In this document: positions 1-12,500 of the stretch, in pieces
Numbering within the stretch: position 1 is the first letter of the stretch
How the letters are laid out: every line of letters begins with the position of its first letter
NCBI GenBank assembly: GCA_004022145.1
Contig: RCNU01000005.1
DNA: 64,000 bases
Origin: Paecilomyces variotii
Taxonomy: Eukaryota
Reading direction: 5' to 3' (one strand)
Translations under genes and position numbers: made by a program
The notes under the pieces: model-generated
What the model saw: only the letters and a program-made list of their open reading frames with translations
What the model was told of the DNA's origin: nothing
Databases searched by the model: none

Positions 1-822
1 TCAACCTTCACGGGAACCGTGATCTTCCTTTCGACTGCCTTGACCACGGGAGAGGAAGGCATTGCGTCGCTCATTGGGACGTCGCTAACGGGGATGTTCT
101 CGTCGTCTTCTCCGCCGGCCGGAAGAGGTCCATCGTCATCGTCAAAATCCAAGCTGGGCTGTTCTTTGACCGCTGGATAAGGAGTACCGTTTCCATTTCT
201 TTTGGTTGGCTTGTTCGAATGTGGCGTCGCTGATAAGGGCGGAGAAAGGATTCTCACTTTCCGTCGCGCCTCAGACTTGAGCACACTTTTACTCGGCACA
301 TGCTTGGGGACGACGTTGGTGTCGACTTCGCCAAGGAGATCAGCCATGAAAGCTTCATCTTCAGCTGTGACAACAGGCTGTGTAGAGTAGCTAGTTAGTT
401 GATGGGTTCAGGTATTCGGGCCCGAACGCGCAGAAACTCACTTTCGGCTTGGGAGCAGACGCTGCAGCGCCGCTATTGAAATATTTGGATATGCCATTAT
501 TCTGTCTCTCCTTCCTCTGCTTCTCCTCTTCTCGTTTCCTTTTGGCGGCCTTGCTTGTCGGCGGTAGGTCGTCTTCGCTGCCGCTGTCTACCATGCGATC
601 ATCGTTCCATTCTTCGCGGCCATCATCCGCGTATCCAGCACCATTGTCGTCGACGACAAAATCATCCTGGTCTAGGCGCTGCCTGACAACCTTCTTGTAA
701 CCCTCATCGTCGACTTCTTCGTAGATATCTCCTTGATCTTCGACTTCATATGTCGACAAACGTTTCTTTCCCGCAGCACGAAGAGCTCTTAGCTCTGCCA
801 ATTTCGCACGTGCAGAAGCCAT
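1..822 (-). CDS. POL1: DNA polymerase alpha catalytic subunit, N-terminal part (runs off the window start; intron ~380-441)
   Basis: [28 protein letters not shown]...[40 protein letters not shown] matches the DNA pol alpha N-terminal motif; GTGAGT donor and CTAAC branch point visible on the minus strand. Confidence 0.93.
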
Positions 823-967
823 TGCGAGAACAGATGAAGTGGGAATTCACTCCATGTATTCGAAATAGGTATATCAAAAAGTGGTTTGAATGACCTCAAT
901 TTGATGAGGTCTGGCCTGTGGACTTGAGATGGAAGGGAGAACTTGACGGGGGCGCTTGTCCTGGGAT

Positions 968-1074
968 ACGCGAAGGAATGTGGACGCGCTGCGGGCCGTA
1001 ATCCGTATCGAGACGCGACCACAACGCGTTTCTCCGCCGAGCTTCTTAAGTGGTTTTTTACCCGCAATACGCGA
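968..1074. promoter_or_regulatory. Cluster of five MCB-like ACGCG elements upstream of POL1
   Basis: ACGCGA 968, ACGCGC 984, ACGCGA 1013, ACGCGT 1024, ACGCGA 1069, within ~150-250 bp of the POL1 ATG. Confidence 0.7.
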
Positions 1075-1242
1075 TATTACCCGTTTAGTCCAATCTACTC
1101 GACACCGAGTTTGTATTCTGACAGATTACACGACTCAAGATAACACAGAATTTCTAGGTATGCTGATGGACACAGACTAGACTAAGATTGTACCTAGCTG
1201 TCTAGGTGGTAGGTGAAACCCCAAGTTCTGTAGACAAAAGCA

Positions 1243-3277
1243 TTAATCTTCTTCCGACTCGGAGTCCGTGTACTCCTCTAGAAACCGTATTAGCTCCACA
1301 TCAGATTTGCACTGGATAGGAATTCTTACCTTGGGCAAGGCCAAAATCAAAAGTCCCACCCAAATTCTGTGCTAATGTCTCGCCTATTACTGTTTGTGCT
1401 TCCTCTGTGATATTGGCATCTGACAGTGCGTTTAGTATCGACAAGTGCAGACCTCTATTGCCGGGTCCCAACTGCGATATAAAGTCCAGGATGCCTTCAG
1501 CCGTAAAGTCACTTAGAGCATGAATAATTAAGACGCGTAGCTTAGGCAGGGCTAAGAATGCATTCCACACTTCGTCATCGAAGTCGTGTCCACTTATCCA
1601 GAGACGTTCCAGTTGGGGAAGGTATGGTGTGAGCGTTATTACGTGATCTGGGGTGAAATTCTCCGAGATATCTTTTAATTCGAGCTCGCGGAGGTTGCTG
1701 AGTTGTCCCAGAGCTTGGACAAGGATCGCCTGATCATCAGGAAACTCGGAAGAATCACCTTGAAGGTACAGGCTCTGCAAGGAAGTCTGAGAAGCCAAAG
1801 CCTCGTGGAACGCACGGCTTGTTTGCATCGTGTATCCTTCCACTGAGAGTTTTGTCAACCGCAACCTATCATCGCTGAGCGCCTGCGATAAGAGGGCCGG
1901 GTCATCAAGAAATCTTCGAAGTGCTAGCAGCCTTAGATTTTTGCAGGAGCACATCCATTCCGCGACATCTCTCACAATTGAATAAAACTTTTCGTCCCTT
2001 AATGCCGGGGCAGAGTCTGTTAGAGCTAAAACTCTCAGCGCCGGAGGCGATGTGAGGGAAGGAAGTTCCGCAATCGCGTCAATTTGTAGGCTTGTCAACT
2101 TGAGCTCCGTGAGTGAATCCAAATGGCTACCGAATGCCTTGATCGAGCGCGGGCCCAGTTGAGACAGACTGATTACTTCGAAATATTCTAGGCTATGTGG
2201 TCGGAGCCCATTCAGAAAGCGTTCGCATGTCAACTCTGCCTTATCCGTCGGAGAATCCATCCTGTGGCAAACCGTGAGAAATGAGAACGCGCATAGTGAA
2301 TATCTGACATACCATCTGAACAAGGTTAATTTCCTGAACTCTGGACAATGAGCCTTGATCTCGACTTCAGCCTGCTGACTTAAAGCGTTCCCTGACCATA
2401 GTGACAGCGCTTGCAATTGGGCCAATCCCCGAACCCATTCAGAAAGCGACGAAGGTGAAACTGTAGCTACATTCAGCAAGTGACTCGACTTGCTATAAGT
2501 TCCCAAACTGGAGCTCACCGTTTCCTGACAATTCCCTGACTGCTGTTGCTTTTTTGACAATAGCTGAGAATGAGTTAGCTTAGACATACCGACCAATTGA
2601 GCTAGGACCGCCCTCAAAGTAGAAAGCACTAACCTGCACCCAGTCTTTCCCCAATAGCTGCTGTGTCGATAGATGACTTGGAAGAACGCAGACGCTTATT
2701 TCCCTTTAACTCGTACTCTGCCTGGTCTCGGAAGGCGTAGTCTCCGAGCTCCCCAGAGAAAAACTCACTACACATGATTAGCGATCCAACAGGGACACGA
2801 GGAGCTATTGAAATGTCGTACTCTCTGATCTTCCCAGTGAATCTGGAATCGCTGATTAAGTTCGTTAGGTCCGTGAGATCCAGCTCACGGATGTAACTGT
2901 AGTAGGGCAAGTATGTTTTGTCGAAAGTCGACAAGATAATCGAGCGCCACATAAGGGCCCATTTTCTGACAACAGCATCCTGTTCGCTTCTGGCGCTTGC
3001 TAAAGAGACTGCCGTCCTTCTCGATTTAAATTGTTCGTCTTCTGGTCCGCCGCCTGTGACCGGCGAGGTGTCATACAATCTGGGAGACCGTTCAGCAATG
3101 CGAAGAATTCCTTTTGCAACACACAGGTACATATGCTTACTGATATAGAACAGTAATCGCTGGCTCTGTCAAGATGTGAGATGATACGGCGCATTGGAAT
3201 ATGGTATTATAGTCTCTCTCGGCCTTTAAGAAGCCCAAGATGATATACCAAACATCACTGGGTAACACCACCGCCAT
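1243..3277 (-). CDS. Leucine-rich-repeat (RNI-like) protein with possible N-terminal F-box-like segment; multi-exon
   Basis: ATG at 3277 gives MAVVLPSDVWYIILGFL (F-box-like LP-D-W-I-FL); ORFs 2629-3132 and 1301-2629 contain repeated LxxLxL motifs; short final acidic exon ends at TAA 1243. Confidence 0.7.
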
Positions 3278-3397
3278 TCTCGCCACGTTCTCAAGAAATG
3301 AAACACAAATTTGCAGGCAGCAGTCCCGATAATCAGCAGATTATCCAAAACATGATTCCACAAGGAGGTTGCTGCTCGCTCCTGGGATGAGGTCTGG

Positions 3398-3412
3398 ACG
3401 CGCCCGACGCGT
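3398..3412. promoter_or_regulatory. Paired MCB-like elements in the divergent LRR gene/rad9 promoter
   Basis: ACGCGC 3398 and ACGCGT 3407, ~210 bp upstream of the rad9 ATG. Confidence 0.5.
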
Positions 3413-3621
3413 GCAGCGGAGATTAGATAAGCAAGCCACGAGTTGGCATCTGGAACCTCCGCTGTGCTTGAAAGGTCGAGAAGTACTCCAGGTTAGTCTG
3501 TGCTTATTCGATGATACTTTAGCCTGTTTCCGTGGGCATTTTGGAACAGCAGCGTGGGTAAATGTAGCACGGAGATTCCAGAATATCTATCTCATATTAA
3601 TGACAAGGAATCGCCTTCAAC

Positions 3622-5310
3622 ATGGCCACTTTATCCTTCTCACTGGCCCCAAGTGCTCTGGTCAGGCTCCACGATGCGCTTACTTGCCTTGCCAAGTTCA
3701 GTGAGACGGTCTCCATTGAAGCTGAATATGACTTGGTGAGCTTGATGAGGCAGACTATCTTCATGCCCCGGAACTAACATAAACCACGAAAGCTTCGATT
3801 AAGTGCTCTTAACTTGTCAAAAACAGCATATGCTTCCTTCGTCTTGGACGCGGACAAGTTCTTCGAGAAGTTCTCATTCAGTATAAGGACAAATGATCCG
3901 GCAGCAAGGAAAACCCGATCAGGCCGGTTCTCTTGCCAGATATATTTGAAAGTATGGATGACTACTAACCTCTGAATCGCCCATTTACAATAGATTTCTA
4001 ACATTTGCCAAATTAGGCGTTACTCTCCGTTTTTAAGGGCCGAACAAATGACGTTCGAGGCAAGGACACGGCAATTGAGCGCTGTGATGTCGAGCTTCAG
4101 GATAATGAGGATGAAGCTGAGTGCAGGCTCGTCATCAAGATGATATGTGGACACGGTAAGAGAAGAAAATTTCCACAAAGCTGCCCTTTCCTCACCAGAC
4201 TAAAATGGCAGTACTAACACTGCATAGGCGTTGTCAAATCATACAAACTTACGTATGAGAGTGCTGCTGTTCAGCATGCCGTGTTTGACAGGTCAAAAAC
4301 CAGAAATCGATGGGCGATTGAATCAAGATTCCTACGGGAAATTATCGATCACTTTAGCCCATCTGCAGAGCAATTGGATATCTACTGTGAGAATGGAAAG
4401 GCCATTTTTACGAGTTTCACAACGAAGATCACAGATGGAAAAGGTCACATCTATGGCCATCTATCTATACCTGAGACCTCGCTGACACCACTGCAGAAAT
4501 CCTCAAGCAACCAGTGCACACATCGGTTGCTATTGACACCAAAGATTTTGAAGAATTTATGGTCGAAGAGAATCTTCATGTTGCCATCATTGTCAAGGAT
4601 TTCAAGGCTGTTGTCACTCATGCTGATACGGCAAAAGCAACGATAACTGCTCGATACATTCGCCCTTGCCGTCCTTTGCATTTAGCCTATGAGTTCGAAG
4701 GCATAGCTTGCGAGTTTACGCTGATGACCAGAGGAGAGGTGGATGACGAGGAACCAGACTCTTCACGACCCCCAGCATCAGCACTATCTGCCAGAAATAC
4801 ACCTCGACCGGTGCAAGCCAATACTTCCCGAAGTGCTCCTGCGAGGGAATCGATGCCCCCTCCGGCGAGTCGGCCAACACAACGTCCCACACAGGCTTCT
4901 ACGCCTGCATCCAGGAGTATCTCAATACCGCGACACGCGCCATTGATCGACCATGATAGCTTGTTTGTTCCAATGGATGATGACAAACAATGGGACGAAC
5001 CCAATTATGACGATGATGCAGAGGATAGGCTCGGATGGGACGCAACAGCTGATCAAGTACGTGCCTCGACATTATTCCCCTGGTATCTTGACTGACATAT
5101 ACCGCAGGAGACATTCAACTCAACTTTCGATCAGCGAATCCAAGAAACTTTGCCGGCGCAGAGACCAGATGAGAACCAGCAGATAGCAGCAGCTGATGAA
5201 ATGGGGATCCCGCCCACGCAACGGATATCACAGGTAGGTTATCCGCCGGGACCTGCAGTATCTAACAGCAGTGTTGACACGGACAACAGATCCGCGGTCT
5301 TTTCGATTGA
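3622..5310 (+). CDS. rad9: 9-1-1 checkpoint clamp subunit Rad9 (Ddc1 family); about 7 exons
   Basis: Spliced reading MATLSFSLAPSALVRLHDALTCLAKFSETVSIEA...LSALNLSKTAYASF...HTSVAIDTKDFEEF...KDFKAVVTHA...IPPTQRISQIRGLFD; GT-AG introns with CTAAC/CTGAC branch points. Confidence 0.88.
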
Positions 5311-5442
5311 AAGAGCACCGAGCCTAGTACATCATGTCTGGTATATTCTCGAGACAACCCGTTCGGCTGGTGTTGACATCCCAGACGCACGTACAGCCAT
5401 AAAAGGCCTCACTCATTGCGATATAAGTCATCTCGGCTGCTC

Positions 5443-6585
5443 TCAGGACACGATTATCCAGCTTGTAGCGCAACCAGCGCCGAGACCAACGACCTTAGCT
5501 CCACCTTTGGCAGGAACCGGAATCTCATTCCATCGACCATTCACATTTCCCTGTGCATCCGTGTCTGGACCACAGTTCCCATGCTCTCCCCAGCCAAAAG
5601 CCACGACTTTCTGGTCATCAAGCAGCGCAAGCGCGTGCTCGCTCCCAACGGCAATCTTACTCGACCTAGGAAGACCCGGCGGCGGAAGCTGACCCTTGTC
5701 ATTGCGGCCCCAAGCCTTGACAGACCCATTACCCCCATGTATATAGATACCGTTCCAACTGGCAGCCACAAGTGAAAACCCAGCTACGTCTGCCGGCTGG
5801 GGAGCATCAGATAAGATCCGCCAACGATCCAGCCCAGCAGGACCGAGAATAACGAACTCTCCAGACTCTTTATTCCCCGTAATGACAGTAAATTCCCTCC
5901 CGCACGCCACATCAGTAGCATGGAAATGGATCCCCTCGATCTTCACCGGCGACCAGACAATCTTCTGGTCCTTGACGGATTCTCCTAACTGCCCTTTCCT
6001 CGCCGCTCCCCATCCATATACATCTCCATTCGACAACACCACCACCGCATGTCCAACACTGCTCGAGATGGAAACAATCCTCGTTCCTCGAGGTGGGAAA
6101 TCAGGGATGCGGACCGGTTTCACTACCCGCGTTGTCTGAGGTCCAAGACCTAATTCTCCTTTGGCACCAGAACCCATGACGAAGACCTTTTCTTCTTCTT
6201 GTTCTTCCAACGAGACAAGGATCGTCATCTCCCACATCGCAGCAACATGCTTGAACATATCAATCCTCTTCTTTCCACCGGCATCTTCATCCACAACCAC
6301 CCTCACAAACTTCAACAACGAACCCCCATCCCCACCACCCGTCTTATACCCACCACACCTCCCATCCTCATCGCATCCAGCCGCATAAACAGCTCCAGAC
6401 CGGAACAGAACAAGAGTATGATTCCCACCAGCAGCTATGCGAAGGACTTCATCATCATCATCACCATCACCATCATGACTATCATCATCATCATCAAAAA
6501 GACATTGCGTAGGCACCGAAACGTCCTCGACGTGCCCGATCCCCAATTGGCCGGAGCCATTAGATCCGAACGCATAGAGGCGCAT
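5443..6585 (-). CDS. ATS1: RCC1-repeat protein, Ats1/Kti13-like (alpha-tubulin suppressor)
   Basis: Single-exon 380 aa ORF: LYAFGSNGSGQLGIG, IAAGGNHT, VYGWGAARKGQLG, GWGEHGNCG, GAGCATSWI RCC1 repeats. Confidence 0.8.
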   Translation of the reverse strand: MRLYAFGSNGSGQLGIGHVEDVSVPTQCLFDDDDDSHDGDGDDDDEVLRIAAGGNHTLVLFRSGAVYAAGCDEDGRCGGYKTGGGDGGSLLKFVRVVVDEDAGGKKRIDMFKHVAAMWEMTILVSLEEQEEEKVFVMGSGAKGELGLGPQTTRVVKPVRIPDFPPRGTRIVSISSSVGHAVVVLSNGDVYGWGAARKGQLGESVKDQKIVWSPVKIEGIHFHATDVACGREFTVITGNKESGEFVILGPAGLDRWRILSDAPQPADVAGFSLVAASWNGIYIHGGNGSVKAWGRNDKGQLPPPGLPRSSKIAVGSEHALALLDDQKVVAFGWGEHGNCGPDTDAQGNVNGRWNEIPVPAKGGAKVVGLGAGCATSWIIVS

Positions 6586-6677
6586 TTGTTCGTCACTGTT
6601 TTATTTCTTTTCTTCTTCGCTGTAGTTAGGGGGTTTGTTTTGTGTACACCCCCAAGCTCACCCAAATATCAAACAAG

Positions 6678-6709
<32 letters not shown>
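6678..6709 (+). repeat. Poly(A) tract upstream of the RCC1 gene
   Basis: About 30 consecutive A. Confidence 0.9.
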
Positions 6710-6711
<2 letters not shown>

Positions 6712-7410
6712 CACTATCAAATACAAAACCTATAGAAATAGCGGGATCCGACCTATATCTCTTTATCTTTACCCCCGTCCTGCCTTCTCTTTCTTTCTAT
6801 GCGAATAAATAAAACACTCTTTTTCTTCCCGCGCAAAACACATCCAAAACCAGCATCCAAGTCCGCAGCGGGGGAAAGTAAACGTAGAGAAAGTAGTAGA
6901 GGACAATGATCTAAATGAACCCGGAAAAGGAATTGGAAAACAAGAACATGTACGTTCTTCTTTTTAAGTCGAGTGGTGACGTGGGATGTTTTCTGCGGGG
7001 AAAGGCGGAAAAGAACAAACCCTTGGGAACTCGAGAGGCACCGAAATTCCTCCGTTTCTGGTAAAGTGTCGTTCGACGGGTTTGGGGGAGCTGCCGCAGA
7101 TGAAGATTTCGAAAAAGATAAAAAGGTCTACCAAATTGAATTCTACGAGAGTTGTATTATTGTGTTGATTACGGAGGATTTACTGTTACGCTGAAAGTTG
7201 CGAGAGAAATTTATCGATTATCTCAACGTCTCTATTCTATTTAAGAGAGAACAGGGTATCCTGACCATGTACACTTCGCTTCATCAACGGACATCCACTC
7301 CGTAAGAACCAAAAAATGAAACAGGAGAAGAGAAGGAAAAGTCAAATGCAATCAATTAAGTACGGGTGTAGAAATGAAAGGATTTTTTGGGGGGTTGAAC
7401 AGCCAAATCA

Positions 7411-9595
7411 TTATTTGCTGTTCTCTGACGCGGAGGAATCAGCCTCTGCGGCAGGAGGCAGAACGAGACTGGCAGCCTTGCCATGGATAGGCTTGTCCGT
7501 ACCACGGAACATGGGGCTGGTACGCTCGAAGTAAGAGTGGACGTGACCTTCAAGGAGGCTCTCATCGGTATCGGTGGGCAGGTCCAGGTCGTGAACCTTC
7601 TCGGAATGCTTGGCGGCCATGGCAGCCTCCCACTCAGCGCGGAACTCCTCAACCTTCTGCTTGTAGTCGAGCTCGGCATTGTAGTTCTTGCCAACACCGC
7701 GCAGGCGCTCCCACAGCGACAGGTGCTTGGGGTGCACAGCAGGACCGTGGTATTCGCTCTCACGACCAGCGCGGATGTACTGCCAGCGGCGCTCCTGCTC
7801 CTTGAGATCGAGACCGGTGGTGTCGGGGAGGAAAAGGAAGGTGAGGACCACACCACCCAGACCGAACCAGGGCACAATGTGGAACTTCTCCTGGGTGGTG
7901 ATGTAGTTGTACAACACAGCCGCGAGAAGCGCACCGAGCTTACCACAGGCGGCCGACAGACCGTGAGCAGTGGCACGGATGGGAGTGGGGAAGACCTCAG
8001 CGGCAACCAGGAAGGTCACGGAGTTCGGACCGAACTGGTTGAAGAAGGAACTCAGGAAGTACATGGCCTGGAAAGCCTTGATGTGAGCCGCAGAGGTGTA
8101 GTACTTGTAGTGGAATCCGGGGACGATGAAGAGAATGAAGTCCATCAGGAAACCGATGATCTGCATCCACTTGCGACCATAGAGCTTGTTGTCGATCAGG
8201 AAAGAGGCCAGGTAGTATCCAACCAGGGAGACACCGACGTTGACCAAGTTCCACAGCCAGTTGGGCATGATCGACTTCGTCTCGGGGCTGATGACAGAGA
8301 TGAACTCGCTCTGGAACAGCTTGTTACCGTAGAAGAAGACATCGTTGCAGAACCAGCCGCCAGCGGTCGCGAGGAGACGGAAGCCGAAGTACTTGAAGGT
8401 CAGTCGCAGAGACTCGGTGTCGTAGCCAGTAACAGAGGACTTCTTCTTGGAGGCAGCCAACTGCTTGCTGGCAGCCTTCATGTGGTAGGCACGGTAGTAG
8501 ATAAGCCAGAAGGTACCAGCAGCAGGAATGGCAAAGGAGATACGGTACGTCCACTGCGCCGCAACCTCGGAGTAAGGAGGGTTGCCGCTACCGTGGTGGA
8601 AGATGAGCAGTAGGAGGATCAAGATGACCTGGTTGAAGAACTGACCCCAACCCTGCATCAAGAAGGCACTGGTCACCTTACGACCACGGTGCAGACGGTC
8701 CTCCTTAGTCGAAACTCTGCCAGAGCCGACAGCGTTCTCCATACCACTGGTGGCAGTCATGGGATATTCACCGCCTATCGATCCATTAGCACACCTTCGT
8801 TTCCCCATTGCCGACTATCAAATTGTGGGGATACGCACCGACTCCGATACCGTAGAAGAAGAGAGACCAGACATAGCAAATGACCCAGCCGTTCTGGGTG
8901 ACACCCCAGGCGGCGGTAAGCATAACCAGACCGATGAACATGATCGTGGCATCCTGAATCAGACCCCATCGTCGGCCAATCCTACGTCGCTGTTAAAATC
9001 CGTCTTCTGCGATTCCCAAACAATAGCCAGGCTTGCTTACCAGTCACCGAGAATTCCGACCAGAATCTGACCGACAATGATACCACAGATCTCCAGATAA
9101 TCGATGGCGGCAATCCAGGTGGGGTTACAGATATCATTCTTCTTCCAGCAGGCGGGGAAGGCAGCCTGGAACATAGGCTTGACGTTTCCGATCGAGAACA
9201 GTACGTATCTAGCGGTGCCTGTCAGCCACCTGCAGAACCTCCACCCATAATGATAAGCTCTCTCTCTCTCTCTCTTACCCTTCGAGACCCAGACCGGCAC
9301 CGGGGAGAACCATGTTCCTGAAGTAGTAGGAAATCGGCGACAGAGGATCCTGCTTGAACATGCTCCAGATGCCACCTAATTCGCGCTTGGCTTCCGACGC
9401 ATCGTAGCTTCCGACGAACTTGATCTTCTGCAACAGGGGCAGATCGGCCCAGTAGGTACCCTCGGGCGTGTAACTGTCGTCGGGACGGATCAGTTTGTCG
9501 AAAGCGCCCTTCTCGTGCAAGTCCATCTCTTCGAGAGGCTCATGAGTACCGGTCATGTCGGGCCCATGCGGGGCTCGTGGTCCAAAGTCGGCCAT
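7411..9595 (-). CDS. MFS inorganic phosphate transporter (Pho84/PHT1-like); 4 exons
   Basis: Spliced reading includes GDWIGRRWG (MFS motif A), GIGVGGEYPMTAT, FFNQFGPNSVTFLVAAEVFPTPIRATAHGLSAACGKLGA, typical of phosphate:H+ symporters. Confidence 0.85.
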
Positions 9596-12500
9596 GGCGA
9601 TAACTCTCCGGACTGGTGATCGCAAGAGAAGGATTGGCAGGAGTTGCAAGAGGCGTGCTCTAAACTGCCTCTATCCGGAGTGGCAGATGAAGAGAAGTCG
9701 CCAAGGAGGTGAGATGACCACAGGATTGTCCACGCTCAACGCCAGCCAAGGTCTTGGAGATCTGGGCAGCAGATCGAGTCTTATATGCCAGGACGGAGGA
9801 AGCGTTCGTGGTAGCTTCGTTCTAGAGCAGACAGTTTTTTGCCGTAGCTCGAGATCTCACTGGCACACGGCCCGCCCAGCGGACCCCGTCCAAATGGGAA
9901 GCACGAGGCCGCATCCAGAGTGCTGATAAGTCGAGCGGCGACAGCGACAGTGGCGGGTTCCACTGCAAACCCGGAGGATGTCTGTGGCCGTCTGTGTCCG
10001 CGAAGGACTAGCTTAGCCGACTCGGGACTTTCTGTCAGACATGGCGGCCATCATCGTCCAGGGACAGGGTGCTGGCTTAACTAGATCAGATAGTTAGCGC
10101 TGGTCCCTGCTGCCCATACCATACCATAGTTTCTCCGTATTCTGCTCGTTCTTTTCTCGATGCTTCACGGAAGTCGCGTGGCGGAGAGAAGTCTGGCAAA
10201 GCGGAAAGCGGGAGTGCGGGAGGACAAGACCGCGGGCCAATCAGATCACTCAGAAGCACAACGTGCGCTCGCTGCCGGTTCTCATTCCTCACCGCCCGCC
10301 GCGCTTGGGTTCAACGCCAACGCAGCCAAGTCGGACACTTCCATCATTATTATATTATTGAATTATCGTCTTATTATTATCTACGGTAAATCACCATCAA
10401 GACATGGTCCGATCAGAACCACGACCGACAAATTACACGCGGGCAGTATGTCATGCTCCCACGCTGTTGATCACTCTGGGGCTCATCGTTCAGTTCAACG
10501 ATGGAGATGGATCTGATCTCATCTCATCGATCTTGATATCCAGGGTCCTTCCATGTCATCAGTCCATGCGTCAGCTCGTTTTTGCTGCGGCTACCTGAGA
10601 GGATGCTGTCAGTATGCGGGGAAGACGAGAACTTGAAAGCCTCGTTCTTTGACTTTTTGTTCTCGTGTGCTGCTCAGGTTATTGAACGCCTCTCAAGGCC
10701 ACCTCGAAGGTCTGGCTTGGCTGTATAGGTAGTATTACCACACGCCTCGTCGAGACTTCTGATACCACAATTTCCCCGCTGGAGCCACTAAGCGCACGGC
10801 TCTGGCGCACGCTCTATCCAAGCCTCCATAACGGTGTTCTTTTTTTTTGTTTCTTTTCGTCTCTCTTCGCTCTTTCAGGAACGACGGCGGCCCCATCCTC
10901 GACAGAATCTATAGATGGCCTCGCCCATGGTTTCCTGTCTTTGGCAACCAAGAGCTCGAGCTCAAACTGGAGCAGACCCCCATCAGTGACATTCCAGACA
11001 GAGACACGTGCTACAAGTGCTAATAAGCTCTATATCAGAAAGTGGATTCCGCGCATTAGCCGGGGGCCATGCAGCGTGCTGGGTCCATCGTCGGTCAGCC
11101 CCGACTGGAGCCTTGTCGTGCATGCAACGGCGTGCCGTTTTGGCGGCCTCTCCTTGGTTGATCAACTCCTCCAGCACCATCCTCGCTTCCTGCTGTTCTG
11201 CTGGTTTGCAAGAATGGGAAGGATGTCGTCCTTTACGAACGCGAGCTGCATCGAGAGAAGTAGTTCTCCCACGTGCGGAGCGGGTTCGCAGTGTCTCCAT
11301 CGTCCCACTGGATATGGAATCAGTGCAATTGGCCTGCCTCGCTGGCTCGCGTGGCAGAGACTCAAAGGGGACCGGTGACATTGCGTCCTCCGGTGATTGG
11401 GATGGCCGTGCGGCTCCATCACACTGACGCTCATCTTCTTCCAGGCAGATCGGCCTCTGGGCAACAATCCCTAATCAAAGTCAGACAGTGATCAACAATC
11501 CATGACTAAGTCGTCGGTCCTGAAACGAAGACTCGATGTGTTTCATCTTGAGATGACTTGGGCCGATCACTGCTACTCCGTACTGTCACGGCAAGGGGTT
11601 GCTGCGAACTCCCTCTGGTGGAGCCATGGCACCCGTCAGCTCAGCTGCATGGTCGGGATACGCCGCCTTCTAGAACTCAATAATCAATGTCGACTGGTCT
11701 CCATGCAGCTTGTCCTTCTATCGCCCTTCTAGCCAGTCGTTTTACCTTTCCGCGTGGGCGATGGCTTCCTGCGGCTTTCTCATGGTTCCGGCGAATGACT
11801 CTCTTCTTGGGACGCTAGTCGGATGCATGTCCTTTCCCCCCTGGTCGAGCCTGGCGGCTATGAAAAGAATAGCATAACTAGTAAGCGACAGAGTTTTTTT
11901 TCTTTTGCCCGGTTTCATCCCAGCTAGAGCACTCCCAGTTCGGTCTGACCGAAACCAATATCAATCCCGGAGACTTCGTCAAAATCAGTAGAGAGTTGTG
12001 GCGTTACACGGCAATAATATGACCTTCAAGAATAATAATTATAATATCAGGAAGAGAGAAAAAAAGACTAACTAGCTGTTGGACCGTTCTCGACCGTTCT
12101 CGATAGTTGCTCGTCATTCGTACAATTTGATTGGTTTTTTCCCTTGCAATAATAAGCAGCCCAGGTTTACTTTGTTCAACCAGGATGGAAAACCGTGTCC
12201 CCGAAGATTCTGCGCAGAATGACCATCAGTATGTCGTCTGTTGAAGCTTAACATATGGGTTAGCCGTGGCGATGCTCAGCCCACGTGTGCACCTGGCAAT
12301 AATTACCAGTCGCTGCCTCGTTTCCTTGATCCGGGCCAAACACACTCGTTATCCTGTTGGTGTGTCTCTGGACACTGCCGCTCGGATGAACTGAGAATTA
12401 ACGGTGCAAAATGAAAAGATCTTATCTCTGCCCTTCCAGCTTCCTGCTTCCGCCTGAATTCTCATGTCATTTTATTTCCGACTATACGGCTGGGTTCGCA

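Noticed and set aside
7483-8613. 376 aa + strand ORF antisense to the phosphate transporter
   Set aside because: In-register antisense shadow caused by codon bias of the real gene; no protein-like motifs
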